NCBI GenBank assembly: GCA_964234715.1
Contig: OZ174276.1
DNA: 64,000 bases
Source of the DNA: Podarcis melisellensis
Taxonomy: Eukaryota
Direction: 5' to 3' (one strand)
Part shown: positions 35,737-49,963 of the stretch, one piece after another
Position numbering within the stretch: the stretch's first letter is position 1
Layout: each line of letters begins with the position of its first letter
Notes under the pieces: generated by a model
Seen by the model: only the letters and a program-made list of their open reading frames with translations
Told to the model about the DNA's origin: nothing
Databases searched by the model: none
Translations under genes and position numbers: made by a program

Positions 35737-38700
35737 AAAACAAGGAAGGTTGACAGCCTGGGTAGACAGGGCCAAGGAACACAAACTCTTTAGTGTGCCA
35801 ACATGTACACTGCCATTGTGTATATTTCAATTCTACCCAGAAAGAAAGTTAATTCATTGAACAGAGCCAAACCTTACTGTTTGGTGCATGTGTAGAGTCA
35901 TGCAGCTAATCCTAACTTTCAATGCAAGTCCACATTTTATTAGCTTCTTAAAAAAGACAGGCAGGGCAAACTTAAATGAACATTTTGATGTGTTGATGAA
36001 AAGTTTCCATTTTTACCATGGTAATTGGCCTTGCAATGCTTCAAGATAAAAGTTCACGTGATTTAGGAGTGAGTTTTGGATTGATGGGTGTTTAGTGTGT
36101 ATCATACTTCATGTGATGGGCAGCATTCTATGTTGTTTGGGGTCTGCTATGCCAGTTATATTTTATAATGGACCAATGGCTGTATAAATAAAGCTGACCT
36201 GATGCTTCAATATCAAGTGTATCATACTTCACATCTTTTCAGGAACATAGTAAGTAGGAAGCTCTGCTAGAAACGTTCTGGAGTATTCATACCATCATTC
36301 CAGGTGCTAAAATATAACATAATATTTTTACAACCACATCAAAATAGTTGTCCCACTGGAAGCCCTCTGTGATGAATGAAATTTGCTCAACAGCAAAAGC
36401 ACAATTCAACCTATGCTGAGTTGTCAAATCATCCTAAATTTTAAAAAGCAGAGATGAGAGATAAAGGTTGTATGGTCGGTCACTATAATGAAATGCCATA
36501 AAACTAGAACCTAGGCAACGATGTAATGTATGAGATCTATCATGACTTCAAAAGGGTAGATTCAAGCACAAGCTGCAACCGTTTATGAAGTTTACTTATA
36601 ATAAACATATGAATCGACACTTTATAATGAACCTTTGCTGACCTATCACAAGTGCAGATATCCTGTCTGCTCAGCAATACCAGTAATCATCACGAGGTAA
36701 ACACAATCAATGCTCAATGTTATGTCAGCACTGTTTCATGGAACACGCAAGAGGTCACTGCAACAGTTCCTTTTACTATATGATAACTGTCAGTTATGTA
36801 TCAAACACTTAGGTTTCCACTGCATTTCCCATTCCACCAAAGAATGCTCAACAACACCCTGCCAAAAAGCGTAGCCATTTTCTGTTGTCTTCTTTATGGA
36901 GCCAAGAAAATGCATAGTACATTCTGGGATGTGATCCAGAAATTCTTGTGTGAGCAGAAAACATCTATTACCACCAGGTTAAAAGACTATCTGAACAAGT
37001 ACGCCAAATGTGAAATGCCACAATTTATTTATTCTACATGATGTTGTAAAAGCTCAAAGAGTAGGAGACACAAAGGATGAATGGCAGGTGAATAATTGGC
37101 AGCAGCTAAAATCCTTGGCCACAAAGAACACTTTCTGCTCCCTTTACTATTTCCCAATCCCTGGTTTCTGCAGTCACACATATTAACCTTATCATATTTG
37201 CAAATTCTAAGGCCATCTGGACTTGAGCTATCCCAAGCTTCTTTGACTGTTGTGGGACATGGCCTCTCCCCTTCCAAGTCTGAGGACCTGCAAATTGCCA
37301 TGGGTTTTCCTTAGCGATATAACCACAAAGCATTTGGGTTGTGTGTGTGTGTGTGTGTGTGTAATTTATTTGTAAGCTAAGGAAATGGTTCCCTCCAAAA
37401 TATGGTGATGTATATTGTATAAAGTATAAAGTATAAACAGAAATGCAGGTTGTGGTGTCCAGAAATATAATGAATTTTTTATTTACCTGGTGATGCTATT
37501 CAAAGGAAATACTGCCCATCCATAATTATGATGAAGAAGTCACAATATGACTCCTCTTCCTCCTCTTCCGCCTTCAGAAACAAATAGCACATGTACCTAC
37601 CAACCATATAAAATGTGGTACTGCCTGGACACCTCAGCTTCTATCATATCAAGTTTGGAGAGAAAAGGCAACTTTGACAGAGATGGTAGATAATATCACT
37701 ATTCATTGATTGCTGTCTGAGCTCCCTTTGAATGAGCATATATAACCACTTATTGGAAGACCTTGCTTCTAAGCCATGCCAATGCCACTAGTTCCAAAAT
37801 GATTTAAAGTATTATCATACCAAACCCATTAACTGATTTGGCAGCAGCAACTGTATAACCAAAGTGAACTACGGGAAAAGCGAATCATATGGCTGAGTAG
37901 TGCTTCCTGTTATATATCATCTCTATATATTTCCTGGAAGTTGGGAATGGCATGGTCCATCATAGATCCTGTCCACCTTGCAATTCTGTTATGCCACACA
38001 TGAAAGTACATCAGCTTTAATTCCAAGATGTGCAAATAGCCAGAGGCATCATTGAATAATTCTATTATTATACTGGTTGAAAGGAAGAGCTGTAGAAAAA
38101 TCACCATGGGAAAAACTCACCACCTTACAATGATGATGACTCAATCTGCAAGCCATGCTTGCTAAATCACCTTGTTGCAAGAAAGGATTACCCAGAACTG
38201 TCATACTCATACTCTATTGTATCTAAGTAGCAGAAACCTGGTCTACAGGTAAGTGCACTGTATATGTGCATGCATACTGTTGATACATATTGTTGATCGC
38301 TTTATCTTATGAATGTAAGTGTAACAATGATACGAGCAAGAACAGAGATTTAAAATATAAATCTCCCCCTTCATTCATTTTCAGTATCAGGTACGAGATT
38401 TTTCATTCCTTATGCTTAAATTCGTCTGGTACAGTGTCGTAAAACTACCCAAAGAGATTTAGCCAATCAGCTGAGATTAATCAGTGGGTCATGGGTGCCA
38501 GTAAAGAAACATTTTAAAAGAAAAAATAGCACTGTAAGGAGAACAACAGGTTTAAACAGGACACCTCTCAGCGCACTAAGATAGTGACATCTCTCATAGA
38601 ACATTTAGCCTCAAGTTCTTGAGCTACATTGTTGGAATGAATAATCAGCAAGAGATCTCACCTCATGTTGGACTGGCTCATGTTTGTTTGTTTGTTGGAG

Positions 38701-39813
38701 CAACCAGAAGGGCTTGAGCCAAGAACATAAGAAAGACAATATCCAAATAGCTCCTAGCTACAATCTAGAGAGTGATGGGGGTAGTATTTTCAAGAGCAAA
38801 TTTTATCTAAATGTTTAGGTAGTGCTTTGTTTGTGGTAGAAGATTTGTTATCACAAGTGATTTCCAAAACAGCCCAGTTATCAACACTATTTGAGCTAAT
38901 AATTCCAAAAACAGCAGTGATGGCAGCCTCTGGAGTGAAACACACATCATCCTTGCAAAATGAAGAATAGCAATAATGGTGGTGCTTTCAATCCATACAG
39001 GAGAAGTGAGGAGTGGGATGGGGTGTCTGCATGCTGACTCACATGTACTAGATCACCTGCACTGGGCAGCAGTTGTGGCTTCAATCTGCAATCCAGTCTT
39101 ACTCTCACTTGCATAATCTAAATGAGTTTGCAAAGAAAATAACCAAAACCGCAAGTCAAATTTACTAGCTAGACATTAAAGGAAAGCCCTATCTACAGGG
39201 TTATTCATGTTACATAATTCAGTTTCTTCTAATAACTGCTACCTTCCTGCTAGCAATTGCCTATTACGCTCTTCTGGAGCTGTTTGAGCATCTACTCTCC
39301 TTTTTCTTTCTCCCCTCAGAGGGCAGAGTTGCAGAAGGCGAAGAAGGACAAAGTTAAGAGTTAAGTTTCAGCCCCTCCACAAAAGCAGAGCTGAACTAGG
39401 ATGAATAGCTGTATATTGTGTTTTGGGGAAGGGGACTGCTACAGGAAATCAGAATAAGTTTATTAATGGGATTAAGGCACATTCAGTCTAATAACATAAT
39501 GCATAATTTTAAAATTTCCCCTTCCCCTCTGTATGACCTGTACCTGATTTAGACTGCAAGTTTGTTTGTTTTTTGGCAGGGTGTGGAGAATTAACTATTT
39601 CTTTTCATTTTAAGTGCTATTCCTCAGGCTATAGCTCTTTGATTAAAGTAGACTATAAATAAAAAGTAACAACCAAAATAAGCAAATTTATGTGAGAATC
39701 TATTCTACAAGCTCTCACTGACTGGTAACATCATTACAGAAAGCCTTCCAAAAGGAGAAGTGCAGGAGCCACTTATTTATAGTTTGTGAAATCTTGAGAA
39801 CTCAATAGTTTAC

Positions 39814-39932
39814 CTTGTAAGCAATGCTGTTGAGCACTTTCATAGCCAAGTCCGAAACATCTGGGTATGGGTCAGCAGCCAAGTGTAAGAGGACTCTCCA
39901 AATCTGTGTGTAAACACTGTTGAAAGAAACTC
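39814..39932 (-). CDS. RPTOR: RPTOR coding exon (~exon 21), 119 nt, (G)VSFNSVYTQIWRVLLHLAADPYPDVSDLAMKVLNSIAYK
   Basis: Acceptor ttctag, donor gtaaac; manual translation. Confidence 0.97.
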
Positions 39933-41124
39933 CTAGAAGCAAAAGGGGAAAAAAGAATGTATTTCTGAATTAAATCCTATGGCCAATTTATCATATTATA
40001 TACTGATCTTATAACTGTGACAATGTCCCAGACTCAGTATTATTATTTACGGTTATTATTTATATAACAGCATCAGGATATATGCTGGTTTGCATATATT
40101 CACAGGCAAAAGATAAATCCCTGCCAGAAGGAGATTACAATCTCTTTAATTAATGAGTATGCTTTCAATTTACTACTAGACATAGAGACTCAGAGGTCAA
40201 ATTATAAATGCTAATAGAGTCTAGTTGTATGACTGGTAATGATTCCTGGACATGTTATTTTACTTGAATATGAGCACATTAGCAGTCTCAAATAATCTAC
40301 AACCCAGATTTAGACTGTATTTCAAAACTGTGACAGGATCTTTGAAAGCTGAGCTCTCTTATTCATTTAAGATAGATGCTGTAATATGATGACAATGGTT
40401 TTTTTTAAAAAAAAACCACACACACCAACAGTCATAACTAATTGCTAATGAAATGGTACTGTTATTTCCCCAGGAGAATATGAAAAACAATACACACTGG
40501 AAAGAAAATCCCTCCCATCAGTATTGTGATTGCACCTAACATAATTTTTACACAACGTTTGGGGCAAAAGAATCACTTCTGATAGTTTAGTTGTGAACTT
40601 TTGCCCAATGACTTAGTCAGATGTGTATGGATTAGTTAAATGGGTCAGTTTCCTTTTTGACAGGAAAAAAAGCTTTCAGCCTTACTTCTTGACTTTTCAC
40701 TTGCTCATGCAGATCAAATGATTGTTTGATTGCCTGACACACAATGGATTTAGCAGTACATGTTCTAGCAAAACTTAATATTAGCTCCTCTTCACCATGT
40801 TGCAAAGGTAACCCTTTTCAAACTTCATGGTCCCATCCCTTTTCTGTATTTACCCAGGTGAGATGTGTGAGATGTTGGGGAGGAAGCCACTTCAATTACT
40901 TCAGATTGTAGGTAGGTTACAAATAAATGTACAAAGAGCGATATCCAAACTAAGTCATAATCAGATAAGATCCACTGAAATTATCCATTTGTTTCAATGG
41001 GTCTGCTCTGAATAATACAGATAATCATCAAAATGTAACAAACTACAGCCTGGCCATTGCTGCAACCATGCACAGAAGCATCTAAGCATCTCTTCCCATG
41101 CTTCCTAGTCCACCTGGATACAGC

Positions 41125-41259
41125 CAGGATTAATGAATGTGGTGTCCTCCAGATGTTTTGGACTGCAACTCCTATCTGTCCCAGGTAGCATGGTCAATAT
41201 ACAGGGATGATGGGAGTTGTAGTCTATATTATCTGGGAGGGGATGGTTACCCCGGCCTA
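41125..41259. mobile_element. Degraded palindromic hAT MITE
   Basis: ggactgcaactcc...gggatgatgggagttgtagtc core. Confidence 0.65.
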
Positions 41260-44200
41260 ACTTTTCCTTTGCAATGTGATACCAAAATCTTTACATTCCC
41301 CTGTTTAAAACTTGCTCACTTGCTTAGAACTTGCTCCACCAACTGTGTGAAGAGACTTTTTGTTTAAAGGTGCCCAGCTTGCTTTAGCAGTCATGGACTC
41401 TGACTGAGTGTGGGAGACAGAGGTTCCACTGAGCTGAATCAGAGGAGGACAACATGATCTTCTTGGGCTGTAGAGGTACTGGCGCAATGGGCTTCTCTTG
41501 CACAAATGCTTCTTAGTATGTAATCTGGGGTTGGTCCTGAGAGCAATTCACTCTCCCATCTTGAATCCCCAGCCTCATCAAGCTGAATAAGGGGAGTCTG
41601 ACCCCAGGGTCATGACAAAGCTCAGCTTTGGCTAGTATCTTCTCACTTAGTCTAGAACTTTCTGCACACAATTTGTATCTTTTGTTGTGCCAGACTTTGA
41701 GATCATAGAACAAACCTGACTTTTGGCACGTGTGTTCTGGAAGGCACAGGAAAAAATGATGAAAGTCAAGAAGATGCCAGCTGTCAATGCATCAGGCAGC
41801 TTGTACCACCAGGAGAGCTCTCTACAGCCCTCTTCTCCCTGATCAGCATTCTGCCTCCTGTGCTCTTAGTTCTGTGCAGAAAGTTACATAAGGACTTCTG
41901 GGAAATCTCAACTGTTTGAGATTCCTTTTAAAGTTCATGAAAGACCAGGGGTGAGGTGGAGAAGGAATCTGTGTTTCAGTATTCCAGCACTCTGTACTAA
42001 CACACACCAGCACTCTCTTATGACAGAAAAAGAAAGAGCGAGCTCACACAAAAGACTTGGTTTTAATATATCTGATCTTTTTTTTAAAACGGAATTCACC
42101 ACTGCAATTCCTCATTCACTCACTCGCTGAGGAGAACAGAGGGAATTTCTATGAAGATTTTTTTGACTCATTAGAAAGTGTACCCCCCTAGCTCCCTATA
42201 CATTATTTTATTTTATTCCCCCCCCCCTATGAAAGGATTGCTCATAGCACTGATTCACATGAATGACGCATCCAAAATTGCTTCGTGTCAAGCTTGAACC
42301 AACTGAGTCAGTGTGCTGATGAAAGGAAATACTAGCAGCAGGGGGGGTGGGGAAGCTTTTCTACTTCTGCATAATGGAGTACAATAATAAATAAAAAAGG
42401 GATGCAGAAACAAAGCACGAGGAAGGAGTGTTATACGCTGCAAGTTCATCTAAAATGACAGCTCTGTAATTAGCTGGGCCAATTCAACACTGGTTAAATG
42501 GACCTTGCAGTACAGAGTTGCAAAATGATTCCTTTTAGCAATGAACATGGGAAGTAAATTGCCTTCTTCATTGATAGTTTTTGGTTTTTATTCAGATATG
42601 CATGGCTCTTCATTCAATTTAACAGCCATGATTAGGGCAGTACAAATGGTTTACATCTTTCTGCCTCACCACCCTAAGTACTGAAAAGGGCATGGCACAC
42701 AAAAGTTGAGATAGCTGTGCTGTCATTTAATTTCCCACCAGTGCCTGGCTTAGTCAGAGATCAGAAGCTGGAGGAATCCAACACTGCAGTCCCTAGTTGC
42801 ACAACAATGGATGGGGCCAAAATTCAGAATTTCCTCCATTCTAATTACAAACTAACCCAAGTTTGTCTTAGCCCATAATTAGCTTGCCTAAGTGTCAGTC
42901 ATCTTCATATTCACTGCTGCTTTCCTACCACCCCAAATTTACTGAGCTGGGGAGAGGGGAGAGAAAGGGTAGGTAAATTGGAGCTAAAGAAAGCTAGGGA
43001 CACTGAAGAACCCACCTTTAAGTTATTATTGTGACCCTGCAACCCGGTGGAGATTAAATCAAGTTTAATTTCTTGTCTTGATGGTTTGAGCAGGGAGGAA
43101 TTAAGAGCTACAGATCCCAGCATTCTTGGCAACACAACTGTGTCATCAGGAACAAAGTGAGAACCTTTTCATATGCCAGTTTACCTCCTCTACACATACC
43201 CCTGGTAAAACTGGGAAAGGCCACAGGGAAAACTAGAGATGGTGGGAAGCAGGCAAAGATGGTGGGAAGCATGGGACTCAGTGAGAGTGAATAGCCATAT
43301 GACATATGTAAAATAAATTTTATAAAAATCTACCAGCTATTATTTCTTTTACTATTTTGTTGTGTTAACTAATTTGCTCTTTTATATCATGCATATTTTG
43401 CCAACATGGCAGGCAATTAAAGTAGATTAACCAATTTTTTTATTATTTATGAAAATGGTGTCCTGACCAATCAACCAGCACATTTATTTATTTAACTTAT
43501 TTTATTTTTAAGTGCAAATGTAAAACCTGCTGATAGCAAGTGCCATCTTCAATGAGGTACTCCCATTTATGCCACCTAAAGTGTGTACAATTAATTTACT
43601 AAGATTTGTTTAATTGGGTGATACACCCGACATTTCATCTGGTTTAAAATGAGAGCACAAATGACTTGTTAAATCTGCATATGAGAAAAGCAATCTAAAT
43701 ATGCATGCTTGTGGCAACACACATCATTTTTGAAAAGTTCCCCACTTTTTCTTAAGCCTAACCATTGTGCTGTAGTTGCTAAAGTGCCACACTAGGACCA
43801 GGGAGACCAGAATTAAAATCTCTGCACAGCCATAAAGCTCCCTGGGCCAGTCACTCTCTCTTAGTGTTATAAACCTTTAATGGAATATTGTGTGAGGTTA
43901 AATAGCAGAAGAGGAAACTGGACAGTGGATACTGACTTGAGCTCGTTGGAAGAACAGCAAGATATAAATGTAATAATAATAAAATGTAATAAATGTTATC
44001 TTTCCTCTCCTTTGCATCTCATGTTTTACCTTTTCTTATCCTAGCCCTACAAAGACCATAACTTCACTCTCTGAACAGTTACATTATTCTGTAAATAGCA
44101 TTATGTATAGGTGGATTCCTAAGTACACTGCTTATAACTCCCGTTTCCCCATCAAATCAGGCAAACCCCAGGCTTGATGGATCCTGGAAGTTTCAGAAAA

Positions 44201-47200
44201 CTCATTTCCAAGGCAAACCACATTTTGCTTGGATAATTGCATTAGCATAAAAGCACAAATACAGTATGTTCAAGATGAGAAAGGGCTAAAAATGGGATTC
44301 AGATATCATTTGGATATGTAGCAAAAGGTAGACCTAAGCACAAAATTTGGTGGAGTTGCAGTGTTCTAGAGAAGCAAAATACCTCAGCCTGACCCACTTA
44401 TCGGAGTGCTATGGCCTCACATAGCCTGGAAGTGGGGTGGGGGAGAGGATTGTTAAAATGCATGCATTTGCAGAGGAGAAGCGAATTTATGCCTATTGTG
44501 CTAGAACAGGGTGAGCAGAAGACAGATCAGGATCTAATGGTAGATCACTGTGTGATTTGAAGTAGATCAACACAGATTTCTGACCTCCAGCTGTTTTACA
44601 AAGATGACAACAGATTGACTCCTTGCCCTTAAACTATGTTGAAAGAATGAAGAAAGCTGGAAAGGGGTGTGTGTCTGTGTGGGTGGGTGTGGGTGTAACC
44701 AAAATTGATTTTGGTGTAGATGTATTGTGAGCTCAGTTCAGTTCTGAAGCTCTAAATAAGTTCCTGGGCTCAGAATTATATAATTCTAAGGATATTTATT
44801 TTACAGCAGACTGTTGCAAAATTCTAATTCGTTGAAGCATTCAGCTGTGATGTCAGGGTCAGGAGGGTTGGATTCACCCCACCCCACCAACTGCTATGAA
44901 ATAACAATAAATTTCACATTTAGCAGCATAACAAAAGGTGCATATTAAGAAATGATAATAAACAGATTGCAACTGAGAGAAAAGGCCCCATGCACGAAAG
45001 CATCAAAAGGCTTTGAACATATGAAACTGCCTTATATGGAGTCAGAAGACTACCGCTCTGTCTAACCCAGTATTGTCTGCTTTGCATGGCAGTGGTTCAC
45101 TGAAGTCTCAGGTAGAGGGCTTTCTCAGTCTTGTTGCCTGAGACCCTTTGAACCAGAGATGCCAGGGAAGAAACCTGAGAACAGATGCATGCAAACCATG
45201 TGCTTTACTATGGAGGTATGGAGCCATTCCTCACATGCTTTTATCTCCATCCTGCCCCTCTCTATGCATAAATTATTACTTGTTCAATATTGCCTTTCCC
45301 CGCTCTTCATATGCTGAAGGGACTCTACGGCTGACCTGAGAATTAGTCTAGGCTAGTCAGCTACTTGCCATGAGCTAAAAAAAGCTAACTGAATCCATGA
45401 AGGTGCCCTATACAGAGCCAAACACTGGCCCATCTCAAGAAAGGATCCAAAACTCCATCACCGCACCAACCACCCATAACCTTCACTTCCATTAAGACTC
45501 CCAACAGAGATAACATACCTGGAAGCCCACTTGACAACAATGGAGTGCCATGCTCCAAGTTACTTGCCCTCCATTAAGAGGTTGGAGCTTGGGCCTATTT
45601 GGATGGGCTAAGACTCTTGTTAGATAACATCCCTCTTCCCTGGGAGTTTGCCTAGGGAGCTATTGGGAACAACCTGATCCAGCCACAGATACCCAGGAGT
45701 CTATGCTTGCTTCTTGCTTCTCAATACTGCCTCATATCCCAAGCCAGTCTCCTCTAGACCTTGTTCATCACCCAAAATGAGCTCATAGTCTACCCTGAAC
45801 AGTACACTGCCAACTACACAAATGGTGTCACAAAGAAAGTGCAACTTTTCATTGCCTAGAAATCCATAATAATCTTACAATGTTAGTGTCAATTATGTGT
45901 AAGTGGTCTGAGTCCATCTAGCTCATGAAATTCTTATTGTGGCCTTTGGTCCTGAACAGGTTATCCCCCTCCTGCCCAGTGTAATTGAGAAGAAATTTAA
46001 ACAGGAGAGAATGTGTTGGAGTTGACAAGATTCTGAAAGTTTACATAATCTGCCATTCAGGTCAACTCAAGCGCAACCCTATGGACCAAGTTCAGGTTTC
46101 TTTTTTCTTTTTTACCATTTCCTTTAGGATGCAGCAGAGGCAAGGCTGGAAGATGCATTTGAAAAAGGAAGGAGGAGAAAAAAGAAATCATGGAGGAAGA
46201 AGAAAAACCCTGGCCTTAAAGAGGTAAGTGCTGAAAGTAATGGGATTCCGTGTAAGTTATGAATTTTAAACACTTCCATAAGCTATGTCGTTTACAGCTG
46301 GATATGAGCTGTTCCTGTCTGAATATGAATGAGGAAGGCACTAGAGAGCTGCTTTTGTGCTTCAAGATGCTCTCACTCATCTCATTCCTAGGCTATGTTT
46401 TTCAGCTGTGCTCTAAAACTCTTTTAAGACACATGTAAATAACAAAATATGCACCTCTTTACATTAGCAGAAGACTATGGAGAAATACCCACAGGAACTG
46501 AAACAGTGGGCCATTTTACAGGGCTGAGCTAAAGTTGGGCCCCCCCACTTTTTAGAGAAACTCTTATCCCCCTTCAAAAACTATGCCTTTTCAGCAGGCA
46601 GGGCTCCAAATAAGCACAAAGGCAATGCAAATATTTCCTGTCCTCGCTTACTTGGCTTTGCAATGTTATCATGTAGCCAAATTTAAATGGCTGTGTGACC
46701 ATTTGTCATCATCTTAATGTGATCGATGATTAGTTAGAATCATAGTCTAGGAGCAATATTGTGCTTTATGCTCTGGAACGGTCTGTGTGAGTTTAATATC
46801 CGACCAATTCACTCTTCCTTAAAAATCTACATTACTTTAGTCTTGGGACTGGGATGATTAACATAGCAAGCCTGAGTAATTTAGCTACAACAAACAAACA
46901 ATCCTACAGGAACCAAAGCACTGTAATCCTGCCATGCTACTCTTACAAGAAAACAGACATGGAAAACTGCCTTACACCTGGGTCAGACTATTTGCCCGTC
47001 TAGCCCATGGTTTCCCAAGGCCTCAAGTTTTACAACTCAGCCTTATAACAGGAGGTGCCAGGTACTGAAACTAGGGCAGGGCCAAGCCAGTAGCACTTTT
47101 CTTTCCTGATCTGGGTGGTCTGACCTATTTCCCCCTTTTCACCTCCACATAAACACAGGAGCTAAGTGTGGACGAAATGTCTGTGGCACAAGAGTTAACC

Positions 47201-47524
47201 ATGTCCATTATGATGCAAAAGGAGCAGTTGTTCTAATTGGGTGCTTTCCTGTCCTGCCCAGACAAAGACTGGAAATGAGGTGAGGTGGGTGTAAGAGGGA
47301 AGGTTGTAATGGTAGTGGAGGAGAAATAAGAAAGCAAGGTACAAGAATTCTGTCTCCATCCCAATCCCCGCTCCTCTTTGCACAAGCTCCATGGATCACT
47401 TAGTTAACTGATGCACAGATTCAGACTGAAACATGAATACAACTGGCTTCATATAGAGTTCTCCATAAGCCCTAGAAAACAGGGCAACAGAAACTGAAGT
47501 AACAGTCAGCCCCACTCTCTAGTA

Positions 47525-47721
47525 CAGAGCTTTCCAAACCTTTCATGTTGGTGACATACTTCCTAGACATGCATCATTTTGCGACATAGTAATTCAGTTT
47601 TACTAGCAAACCAGAGGTTAAACTAATGCCTTTTAAGAGATACGGACACACATTGTGCGACACACCTACACACTGCAGCCAAAACACTAATGTGTTGTGA
47701 CACACAATTTGGAAAGCTCTG
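47525..47721. mobile_element. hAT (Charlie-like) MITE
   Basis: Perfect 14-bp TIR CAGAGCTTTCCAAA; imperfect 8-bp TSD ctctagta/ctcctgta. Confidence 0.78.
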
Positions 47722-48114
47722 CTCCTGTATATTGTAGCCAACATAGATGTTACTATCAACAAGGCAGTGCATCAAAACTAAAGTCAAATATAAACACCCA
47801 GTTTTCTAGGTAAGAATGCTGGAAGCAGCTGCAAATTCCAATCAACGTTTGGTTCTTTTGCTGGGATTGTTAACCATGGAAAATGCATCATCCCCTTTCA
47901 AAAAGCTGGCACACTCTCACACACAAATGCAGCTGTGTCATTGTTCTGCATCCACACAAAAAACTTCAAACAAATTTCCCATCTCCTTTTGTCAGGTTGC
48001 TGTCCACTCACATTAAGAGACTATGTGCTGTTACAAAGTACTCCTCCTCCTCAAAGCTTTCCTACCATACACTGCAGAATAGAGATGAGGCGGCTTGGAA
48101 ATGTGCAGGCTCAC

Positions 48115-48273
48115 CTATCAGTGAATTCAGTGACGAGTAGGAGCTGACTCTTCTCATCTTGTCAATGGTCTCAAAAGACAGGATATATTCTTCGTTTTCA
48201 GGACTGCCCAAGGTGCTACTGGCACTGCTGCTGGTGCTCAAGTTCCCAGGGGAAAAGGCGACAGAGCTCCCAG
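48115..48273 (-). CDS. RPTOR: RPTOR coding exon (~exon 20), 159 nt, (S)GSSVAFSPGNLS...KMRRVSSYSSLNSLI; contains the S791/S792-equivalent PKA/AMPK sites
   Basis: Acceptor caacag, donor gtgagc; overlaps ORF 48062..48469. Confidence 0.97.
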
Positions 48274-48772
48274 CTGTTGAAGACAAAGAATAAGTACGGA
48301 AACATTGAGAGAAGCAAGTGTGCAAGGACAGTATTCCTTGGAGTATCAGTGTACAGCAGGAATTCTCAAACTTCCGAGTACACTGACCCCTCGATGTGCC
48401 AATAAAGTTGTCATTGACTCCAACCCAAATTCTTCGGAACGTAAATGAAATAAAGTCAAGAAATATCAATATATGATTAACATTTCTTAATCATCCATCA
48501 CCATGACCATAAATCATAAAATTGATGTATTGTAAAATTATCTTATTAAATATAGAGATTCATCATTGGGAAGGGAGGTGTACTCTGTAAATGCCTGTGC
48601 CTATATTTCTGAGGCTCAAAGCTCTCAATTAATTTTTTGGCATTATGCCTCGTAAACTTCTTTTTCACTCCTAGGCCCTTTTCTTGACCCCCAGGTCTTC
48701 ATTCATTTCCTGCATGATTGCATCAACCACAGGGTGTCGGTATTGGCGGCTGTGGAAAATCTTGCTCTAGAG

Positions 48773-49265
48773 CAGTGGTTCCCACTTGGTGGCCTGCAGA
48801 CCCCAGGGGGCCCACATAGGAGGTCCATCACACATACCCACCAACATACCCACCAATGAGATGTCTGGGACATCCCATTTTGGGGGGCCGTGCTCTCATG
48901 CAAGAGCACTGAAAAGGATAAACCAAGAACTCTGGCCACAAGTTTCAATGTAAGGATTAACTACTACTCAAGAGTTGAAAAGAAAAAAACGTATATATTC
49001 TGCAAAGAATGACAGTTTAAAGCTAATAGTAAATTTAAACGCAACGTGTGAGTACAATAGTTTTAAGATAATGTGCTTTTTGGTGCTGTGCTCTTGCATT
49101 GGTTACATGACTCACACGTGAGCACGTCCCTGTTTTGCACTAGAGGGTATGGTGGCACCAATAACATATCCAAAACTACCACAGAGATGTCAACATTTCA
49201 AAGGTCCATGGCTTGGCTTTTGAAAAACAGGGTGTCTGCAGTACAGCGCTAATTAGGAACCACTA
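48773..49265. mobile_element. Possible old hAT-Charlie element
   Basis: CAGTGGTTCCCA start after ctctagag; taggaaccacta end. Confidence 0.45.
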
Positions 49266-49822
49266 CTCAAGTTATGGGAAGAACAACCCCAAGATATAAA
49301 GACAGGCTAGTTTAATATCTATTTAAAAAAAACAACTGAGTACACTGGAAATTGCAAGCAGAAGGGGGCTTACTGTGCTATTCTTCCATCTTGCACTTGC
49401 AAAAAGCTAATCCTGAGGGTCAGAGGACCCTCTAGAATGTGATGGGTGCATTTCTAGAGGAGGGGGAAATCACCCCAAATCACATGGAAGCATCATGTGA
49501 ACTTCCCTGTCCCCTTTCAGCACCTCCCACGTCCCTTCCAACCTTGTTTTGGAGGATTCCCTGACCCTCTTAATTGGCCTTTAACATGGGGCGGCAGTGG
49601 GAGGAGAGTGAGAGGAGGCGGGAAAGTGCTCTTCTGTGAATTCTCTTCCACTCATGTTTTACGGATCTAATCCTGCATCACATCACTTAGGTACGCCGTC
49701 CAAACTTTTATAGGCACTGAGTCGGTTCATTATTGCTGTGGTTGGAAGCAATCATATGAGTAAGCTTTGCATACATGCATGCAGAGAGTAAATGATAAGA
49801 GAATCCTGAAAAGCAAACTTAC

Positions 49823-49963
49823 ATTCTTCATTCAAACTGAGATTCTGCAGAGACTTATTCAAATTCCGTACTGTCGTGACTGCTCTTATATTCCCGTAGG
49901 AGCTGACAGAACGGAGTTTTGGTGTGCAGGGACTGTCTCGCACTGGAGTCAGGCTTCCACCTT
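49823..49963 (-). CDS. RPTOR: RPTOR coding exon (~exon 19), 141 nt, (E)GGSLTPVRDSPCTPKLRSVSSYGNIRAVTTVRNLNKSLQNLSLNEE; contains the S722-equivalent AMPK site
   Basis: Acceptor ccatag, donor gtaagt; phase 1-1. Confidence 0.97.
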
